In this document: piece by piece, positions 8,851-14,022 of the stretch
Layout: each line of letters opens with the position of its first letter
Position numbering within the stretch: position 1 is the first letter of the stretch
NCBI GenBank assembly: GCA_040755455.1
Contig: JBFMAY010000064.1
Location: forward strand, 1 to 14,022
Direction of reading: 5' to 3'
Origin: Thermodesulfobacteriota bacterium
Lineage (GTDB): Bacteria > Desulfobacterota > Desulfobulbia > Desulfobulbales > SURF-16
DNA length: 14,022 nucleotides
The notes under the pieces: model-generated
What the model was told of the DNA's origin: nothing
Databases searched by the model: none
What the model saw: only the letters and a program-made list of their open reading frames with translations
Program-made: the position numbers and the translations under genes

Positions 8851-9822
8851 ATGAACATCAAATACGGCGTGCAATTTCCCCAGGAAGGCATCTGCGCCGA
8901 TGAACGAAATATTACCAGCGAGTGCCGCGCGAAAATTCCGGAGGTGGTTGATCAGCTGGTCGATACCTGTCTGGTCGATGAGTGCTTTGAACACATCAAC
9001 ACCGATCCCCTCCCCTCCCGGCAGCGGGCCATTGACCTCATTGACCGCTGCCGGGACATCCTCTTTCCCGGTTATTTCCGCTGGCATGATATTGATCAAG
9101 TCAGCCTCAAATACAAGATAGGCCAGGAGGTTTCCACCCTTTACGACCTTCTTTCCCTGGAAATCGCCTACAGCATCCGCCATGAGTGCATCCGCCACCA
9201 TAAGTCCTGCCAGCAGTGCGACGCACAGGGCAAGCTGAAGGCCTTTGCCTTTATCCAGTCCCTGGCGGATCTGCGAAAAATCCTGGCCACTGACGTGCGG
9301 GCCGCCTATGACGGCGACCCGGCGGTCACCAGTTACGATGAGGTTATTTTCTGCTATCCCGGCATTATGGCCATCACCATCTACCGTATCGCCCACCTCC
9401 TGTACCAACTGGGCGTGCCCATTCTGCCCCGCATGATGACCGAACACGCCCACGGCGTTACCGGCATCGACATCCATCCGGGGGCGGTCATCGGCGAATC
9501 ATTCTTCATCGATCACGGCACGGGTGTGGTGATCGGCCAGACGGCGGTGCTCGGCAACCGGGTTAAAATCTATCAGGGCGTCACCCTGGGCGCCCTTTCC
9601 TTTAAACGAACCGAGACAGGGGAACTGGAACGCACCGGCAAACGCCACCCCACCCTTGAAGATGACGTCACCGTCTATGCCGGCTCCACCATCCTAGGCG
9701 GCGACACGCTGATCGGCGCCCGCTCAGTGGTCGGCGGCAATGTCTGGCTGACCCACTCCATTCCGCCGGACACCAAGGTCATTCTCAATCCGCCGGAGCT
9801 GGTCTTTAAAACGAAAGCATAA
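8851..9822 (+). CDS. cysE: Serine O-acetyltransferase (long, EpsC-like N-terminus)
   Basis: Motifs DVRAAYDGDPA, YPGIMAITIYRIAH, TGIDIHPGAVIG, FIDHGTGVVIGQT, IYQGVTLGA, KRHPTLEDDVTVYAGSTILGG (hexapeptide left-handed beta-helix). AAGGAAG upstream. Confidence 0.93.
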   Translation: MNIKYGVQFPQEGICADERNITSECRAKIPEVVDQLVDTCLVDECFEHINTDPLPSRQRAIDLIDRCRDILFPGYFRWHDIDQVSLKYKIGQEVSTLYDLLSLEIAYSIRHECIRHHKSCQQCDAQGKLKAFAFIQSLADLRKILATDVRAAYDGDPAVTSYDEVIFCYPGIMAITIYRIAHLLYQLGVPILPRMMTEHAHGVTGIDIHPGAVIGESFFIDHGTGVVIGQTAVLGNRVKIYQGVTLGALSFKRTETGELERTGKRHPTLEDDVTVYAGSTILGGDTLIGARSVVGGNVWLTHSIPPDTKVILNPPELVFKTKA

Positions 9823-9842
9823 ACCACTATTGCGGGCCTCTG

Positions 9843-9896
9843 TGTTGGTAATGAACAATCACCTATATTTTCTGCTGTGGGTGCTTTACCTTGACA
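9843..9896 (+). promoter_or_regulatory. Structured leader upstream of the CBS/transporter operon; candidate cation-sensing riboswitch
   Basis: Nested hairpin. Outer stem TGTT-GGTAA (9843-9851) pairs with TTACC-(TT)-GACA (9886-9896). Inner stem CACCTATA (9860-9867) pairs with TGTGGGTG (9876-9883). Family not confirmed. Confidence 0.35.
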
Positions 9897-9950
9897 TCAC
9901 GCTCAGCCAAAAAAACCGAAGCGATGAAATATTAAAATGATGGAGGCCTT

Positions 9951-10439
9951 ATGAGAGCAAGGGATTTAATGATACCCCTTTGGGAATATCTGCAACCGGA
10001 CAATACCATCAAGGAGGCCGTCAATTTATTGCGCACCGCCAAAAGGGGGGAAGAAAAGGTGGGGGTGAAGGGGCTGCCGGTGCTTGATGCAAACCGGCAG
10101 CTCGTCGGGATGTTATCCATGGGCGATATTCTCAAGGCCGTCTATCCCTCCTACATGCTCATGATGGATCTCGGGGATTTCACCTGGCACGGGATGGTTG
10201 ACTCCATTGCCAAACAGGTAGCCGATAAGCGGGTTGGGACGGTCATGACAAAAGACGTCGTTACCATCAGGGAGAACGACCCGCTGATGCAATGCATTGA
10301 CCACATGATCCGCAACGATGTGAAGAGACTGCCGGTGCTTGATCAATCAGGCGTGGTGGTCGGCATGCTCTATGAGCGGGATGTCTTTTTTGCCATTGTC
10401 AAAGCCATGCTCGATGACAACAGCGAGGCCGCAAAATGA
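9951..10439 (+). CDS. Tandem CBS-domain protein
   Basis: GGAGG RBS. Two CBS repeats (GLPVLDANRQLVGMLSMGDIL; RLPVLDQSGVVVGMLYERDVF). The stop overlaps the next start (ATGA). Confidence 0.92.
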   Translation: MRARDLMIPLWEYLQPDNTIKEAVNLLRTAKRGEEKVGVKGLPVLDANRQLVGMLSMGDILKAVYPSYMLMMDLGDFTWHGMVDSIAKQVADKRVGTVMTKDVVTIRENDPLMQCIDHMIRNDVKRLPVLDQSGVVVGMLYERDVFFAIVKAMLDDNSEAAK

Positions 10440-11803
10440 GCGGGGAAATGGCCGTCGCCAGCCAGGTGGTCATGGGAAGGCAGTTCTGGATGGCGACTGT
10501 GCTTTTCATTCTGGCATATGGCATCATCGTCTCCGAAAAAATACATAAGACCATCATCGCCATTTTCGGCGCGGCATTGATGATCGTGCTGGGGATCGTC
10601 ACCCAGGAACAGGCCTTCCATTCAATGGAGCTGGGCATAGACTGGAATGTCATCTTCCTGCTGGTCAGCATGATGATCATCATCAACATCATGAAGCCCA
10701 CCGGCGTCTTTGAATATATCGCCATAAAAAGCGCAAAGGCGGGAAAAGGCGACCCGTTCAGAATCATGGCCATACTCTCCGTGGTCACGGCGGTCATGTC
10801 GGCATTCCTTGACAATGTCACCACCGTGCTGCTGATCGCCCCGGTTACCCTGCTCATCTGCCAGGCGCTTGAACTTGATGTGGTTCCCTATCTCATCACC
10901 GAGGCGCTCGCCTCAAACATCGGCGGCGCGGCAACCCTGATCGGCGACCCGCCGAATATCATGATCGCCTCCAAGGCCCAGCTGGATTTCATGGCCTTTA
11001 TCTACAATCTCGGCCCCGTGGTAATCCTCGTATTGATCGCCTATATCATCAGCATCAAGTTCATCTTCGGCAACAACCTGCAGGTGAGGGATGAGTTGCG
11101 GCAGCGAATCATGGCCATGAATGAAAGGGCGGCGATCAAGGATCCACGGCTCCTGAGGAAATGCCTGGCCGTTCTTGCCGTGACGATCACCGGCTTCATA
11201 TTCCACGGCCTTCTTCATTTTGAGCCGGCGACCATCGCCCTGTTCGGCGCCGGACTTCTGCTGCTGGTGTCCGGCACCAAAGAGCCCCACCACATCCTGG
11301 CCGAGGCGGAATGGGCCACCCTCTTCTTCTTCATGGGTCTCTTTATCATCATCGGCGGGGTAATCAATGTCGGCCTCATCAAATGGATGTCGATCAAGGT
11401 CCTTGAACTGACCCAGGGCAACCTCTTGGGCACCAGCATGATTGTCATGTGGTTCTCGGCATTTGCCTCGGCCTTTATCGACAACATTCCCTATGTGGCA
11501 ACGATGAATCCCATGATCATCGACATGGCCAGGCAGCTCTGGCCGGACGCTTGCGGCCTCAAGCTGCTGCACCATCCCGACCTGCTGCCCATATGGTGGT
11601 CGCTGGCCCTGGGCGCATGTCTCGGGGGCAACGGCACCGCCATCGGCGCCTCGGCCAATGTCATTGTCGTTGGCATGGCGGAAAAGATGGGCAGCCCGAT
11701 TTCATTCAAAAAGTTCATGTATTACGGCATGCCGCTGATGATCGAGTCAATGATCATCAGCACCGCCTATGTCTGGGTGCGATATTATGTGCTGAAAATA
11801 TAA
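10436..11803 (+). CDS. ArsB/NhaD (ion transporter superfamily) permease, possible Na+/H+ antiporter or anion permease
   Basis: About 12 hydrophobic segments. Motifs IDWNVIFLLVSMM, SAFLDNVTTVLL, ASNIGGAATLIGDPPNIMI, SAFIDNIPYVATM, GACLGGNGTAIGASANV. Translationally coupled to the CBS gene. Confidence 0.9.
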   Translation: MSGEMAVASQVVMGRQFWMATVLFILAYGIIVSEKIHKTIIAIFGAALMIVLGIVTQEQAFHSMELGIDWNVIFLLVSMMIIINIMKPTGVFEYIAIKSAKAGKGDPFRIMAILSVVTAVMSAFLDNVTTVLLIAPVTLLICQALELDVVPYLITEALASNIGGAATLIGDPPNIMIASKAQLDFMAFIYNLGPVVILVLIAYIISIKFIFGNNLQVRDELRQRIMAMNERAAIKDPRLLRKCLAVLAVTITGFIFHGLLHFEPATIALFGAGLLLLVSGTKEPHHILAEAEWATLFFFMGLFIIIGGVINVGLIKWMSIKVLELTQGNLLGTSMIVMWFSAFASAFIDNIPYVATMNPMIIDMARQLWPDACGLKLLHHPDLLPIWWSLALGACLGGNGTAIGASANVIVVGMAEKMGSPISFKKFMYYGMPLMIESMIISTAYVWVRYYVLKI

Positions 11804-11877
11804 TAGCCCTGCCATGGCGACTGAGTATGAGCACGGCAAAATATCGCCAACCTCCTCCTGTTGTCCCGCTGCCTGAA

Positions 11878-13491
11878 CTACTGCAGCGGGCAATCATTGC
11901 GGCCCCAGTCCGAGCCGAACAGCAGCCAGTCCGCCATGTCGCAGCTGCCGTCGCCGTTGAGGTCGCACTCGCAGACAGGCGGCGGGATCTTTGTCAAGCA
12001 GGGCAGATCGAGTATCTTCAGCTCGTCCTTGGTGTTGTCCACCAGGGCAAAGGTGCTGGTGTCCTTGTCAAAGGCGATGCCCTGCGGGGTGGTGAAAAAG
12101 GGCGTTGTGTCAAATCTGGCGCCCAACACGCCCCTGGGGCTGACGACAAAAACGCTACCATAATAGTTATTAGTATTGGTGATGGTAAAGTTGCCGGTGC
12201 CCGGCATATACGAAATACCGCTGGGACTCGTGGAGCCGAAGGCACTCGTGCTGAATTGATCGACCATTCTGCCGGGACGGACAAGGTCCACCATAACCAC
12301 TGCGTCACTGTTCGCCACAGCCATATAGCCACTGCTCGACTTATAAACAATGTCCTTGGGAGAGCTAGCGTTGATCCCGAAGGTTCCGATAGCAAACTGT
12401 GAAAGTAAATTGCAGCTTGTATCTATAGTAAATATTGCATCTTTATTGTCATCAACAATGCAGAACTCCCCTGGAATTGGGCCATGGGTGATGCCCGTGG
12501 CACTAGGGGAAAACGCGGATATGTCACATTGCGCGACCAGTTCCTCAGAGTCAGGATCAACGAAAAACACCTCGTCCCCCGCATTATCGACAACGGCATA
12601 TACCTTTTGGACCGGGTCATAGGCGACGCCCATGGGGCTCGTGCAGCCGAGGTCATAAAGATTGATTGTCTTGACCACATTTCCGTGGATATCAAAAAAG
12701 AAAACCTCATCCTGCCCGTCACTGACAACGGCAAAATCGTCGTTGCAAGAATCATAGGCGATACCATAGGAAGAGGATGAGACAAAGCCCACGTCAAATC
12801 GATCCTGCAGATTGCCGGACTGATCGAAGAGAAATACATCGTTCAGCGAACCGTCAATAACGGCCAGATTTTCCGAGCCGGCAATGAAGGTAATGCCCAT
12901 GGGGTAGGTGCAGCCACTGGGCTCGATGTCAAATGGGCTTCCTTGCAAGACACCATCGAAATCAACAAAATAGACAGAATCAGTATTGGAATCGACAATG
13001 GCGAGATTCCCGGCATGGAGGCCGGAGGCAACATAGGTAATCCCCTGAGGATAGCTTGAGCCAAAGGCTGCGGTGGAAAATTCATCAACCGGACTGCCAC
13101 CCGAATAGGCAACCATGAAAACCTTATCGGAGGAGTCATCGAGGATGGCGAAATGTCCTGCATATGGCCCCTCGGGGATATAGGCTATGCCGCTGGCATA
13201 ATTGGAATACGGGGCGACTGTGAATTGCCCCTGGACAATACCGGCCTGGTCGACGATGTAAACCATGTCATCCTCGTCATCGACGATGGCAAAAAGGCAT
13301 GTTGCCGGAATATGGGTGATGCCGTCCGGAGATAGTGCGCCAAAATTCCCGGTATCAAAATAGTCCACCATCACCGGGACGGTCACCGCCTGCGCTAAAT
13401 TGGTCCAGCACCACAACATCAAGAAAAAAGGCAGAACAACCGCCCGGCAGGTCAATGCTTGCCCGCGGCTTGCCTTGCATAATCGTTTCAT
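11878..13491 (-). CDS. Secreted beta-propeller repeat protein (NHL/SdiA-regulated-like) with a C-terminal dockerin/EF-hand-like motif
   Basis: AAGGAGG RBS. Signal peptide ending in AQA. Ten repeats of about 45 aa with an xPxGIx[YFH] ... [FL]AIVD ... V[FY]xxD pattern. Pro linker, then CECDLNGDGSCDMADWLLFGSDWGRNDCP. Confidence 0.8.
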   Translation of the reverse strand: MKRLCKASRGQALTCRAVVLPFFLMLWCWTNLAQAVTVPVMVDYFDTGNFGALSPDGITHIPATCLFAIVDDEDDMVYIVDQAGIVQGQFTVAPYSNYASGIAYIPEGPYAGHFAILDDSSDKVFMVAYSGGSPVDEFSTAAFGSSYPQGITYVASGLHAGNLAIVDSNTDSVYFVDFDGVLQGSPFDIEPSGCTYPMGITFIAGSENLAVIDGSLNDVFLFDQSGNLQDRFDVGFVSSSSYGIAYDSCNDDFAVVSDGQDEVFFFDIHGNVVKTINLYDLGCTSPMGVAYDPVQKVYAVVDNAGDEVFFVDPDSEELVAQCDISAFSPSATGITHGPIPGEFCIVDDNKDAIFTIDTSCNLLSQFAIGTFGINASSPKDIVYKSSSGYMAVANSDAVVMVDLVRPGRMVDQFSTSAFGSTSPSGISYMPGTGNFTITNTNNYYGSVFVVSPRGVLGARFDTTPFFTTPQGIAFDKDTSTFALVDNTKDELKILDLPCLTKIPPPVCECDLNGDGSCDMADWLLFGSDWGRNDCPLQ

Positions 13492-13598
13492 AGCCCCTCC
13501 TTGTCAAAATCTTTTTAACCCTCCAGAGCTGTGTTCCCGCCACACGTACGAGCGGGCCATGCCCGCGACCGCAACTGGATCGTCACAATCTTCATTGA

Positions 13599-13625
13599 TG
13601 CCGCCGCCGATTACCGGCGGCGGCA
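13599..13625. other. Perfect 11-bp GC-rich hairpin in the leader of the propeller gene
   Basis: TGCCGCCGCCG (13599-13609), loop ATTAC, CGGCGGCGGCA (13615-13625). Followed by ATTTT on +, with no U-tract on -. Confidence 0.6.
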
Positions 13626-13650
13626 ATTTTCAACGTGGTTTCCACGGGAC

Positions 13651-13710
13651 AAAATAAAGCCCCCTGCGCCGTGATTCCGACTTGACGAAGTCAGACGCGG
13701 CAGCCCGGCT
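13651..13710 (-). terminator. Putative riboswitch expression platform (terminator-like hairpin overlapping the aptamer 3' strand)
   Basis: Minus strand: TCTGACTT-cgtc-AAGTCGGA hairpin (13695-13676). It is extended by GCCGCG/CACGGC (one mismatch) and AGCC/GGCT pairings and followed by TTTATTTT (13658-13651). Confidence 0.5.
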
Positions 13711-13800
13711 GTTTTAATAAAAAAATGTCAGGGCAGACAGAAAAAACCCGTGGCTTTCCGTCCCCACCTCACGATGGGTTTAGCCTTACTGGGATCATCA
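13694..13800 (-). ncRNA. Cyclic di-GMP-I (GEMM-I) riboswitch aptamer
   Basis: Minus strand reads G-CT-AAA-CCCATC-GTGA-GGTGGG-GAC-GG-AAA-GCC-ACGGGTTTT...AAAAC-AGCCGGGCTGCCG. This matches GEMM-I architecture: P2 with a GNRA loop, AAA/GAC internal loop, AAAGCC junction, P3 closing with AGCCGGGnTGCCG. It is oriented toward the 13491 gene. P1 pairing is weak or ambiguous. Confidence 0.92.
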
Positions 13801-13898
13801 GACCTGCAGCAGAAATTTGAGTTGCATGCCTACCTCCTCCCCCATGAACAACAAGAGAAAAATAAAAAAAGCCCTGTAACAAACAGCACTCAAATTTA

Positions 13899-14022
13899 GA
13901 TCTTATTCGTAAATAAAAGCGGTTTTTTCTTTGCAAAACAGCTATAATTCACCCCATCCAGTAAATCTTATAAAGGAGGTGAATATGGCGCGCATACAAG
14001 CATGGGAGGTCTCCGACTCTTT
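13899..14022 (+). mobile_element. Probable left end of an IS5-family insertion sequence (truncated by the window edge)
   Basis: A transposase-like N-terminus starts at 13985. The candidate terminus GATCTTATTCGTAAATA follows TTA (13896-13898). The partner inverted repeat is not visible, so the boundary is tentative. Confidence 0.4.
13985..14022 (+). CDS. N-terminus of a protein, probably an IS5-family transposase (partial)
   Basis: Strong RBS AAAGGAGGTG, then MARIQAWEVSDS(F/L). This resembles the 'W.vsD..W..vePL.P' start typical of IS5-family transposases. Only 12 codons are visible. Confidence 0.5.
   Translation, partial: MARIQAWEVSDS

Noticed and set aside
9891..9920. Sigma70 promoter from the perfect TTGACA at 9891-9896
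   Set aside because: No -10-like hexamer lies at 16-18 nt spacing (the sequence there is AAAAACCGAA).
9847..9950. Fluoride riboswitch (GGTAATGAACAATCACC resembles its 5' hairpin)
   Set aside because: There is no downstream GCUxAUGR segment with a pseudoknot complement to the loop.
11850..11859. Strong SD-like AGGAGGAGGT on the minus strand just downstream of the propeller gene
   Set aside because: No well-spaced start codon or substantial ORF follows. It could be a relic of a lost downstream gene, but nothing supports that.
11449..12402. 317-aa + strand ORF and other long shadow ORFs (e.g. 1207-1992, 3286-4314, 6857-7744)
   Set aside because: They are alternative-frame or antisense overlaps of confidently identified genes, expected in GC-rich DNA, with no domain signatures.
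13694..13800. Assignment as a cGAMP-specific GEMM-Ib riboswitch
   Set aside because: The specificity position (13784) is G rather than A.
13931..13948. TTGCAA plus TATAAT as a promoter pair
   Set aside because: The spacing is only 6 nt. TATAAT may still serve as a -10, but a matching -35 is not evident.

Overview
Bacterial, GC-rich window; the gene content suggests a Desulfobacterota/deltaproteobacterial origin (inference). The left half is a + strand housekeeping run: 3' end of carB, ftsH, folP, then a class I (CyaA-type) adenylate cyclase. The cyclase stop codon lies in the first unit of a perfect (GATGAGCT)x16.6 tandem repeat, which is followed by a small CxxC thioredoxin-fold gene. The middle has a minus-strand ATP-grasp (RimK-like) gene and an orphan PAS histidine kinase, divergent from a serine acetyltransferase (cysE). 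Next is a CBS-domain plus ArsB/NhaD-family transporter pair preceded by a structured leader. The right end has a minus-strand secreted protein with about 10 beta-propeller repeats and a Cys-flanked dockerin/EF-hand-like C-terminal tag. Its long leader holds a clear c-di-GMP-I (GEMM-I) riboswitch, a plausible terminator-type expression platform and a 9-codon upstream ORF. The window ends in the probable start of an IS5-family transposase. The most interesting signals are the riboswitch-controlled secreted propeller module, the tandem repeat that reads as a chain of overlapping Met-Ser-stop mini-ORFs, the candidate ion-sensing leader RNA, and the class I cyclase after ftsH-folP. No database searches were run; all calls come from motif recognition.
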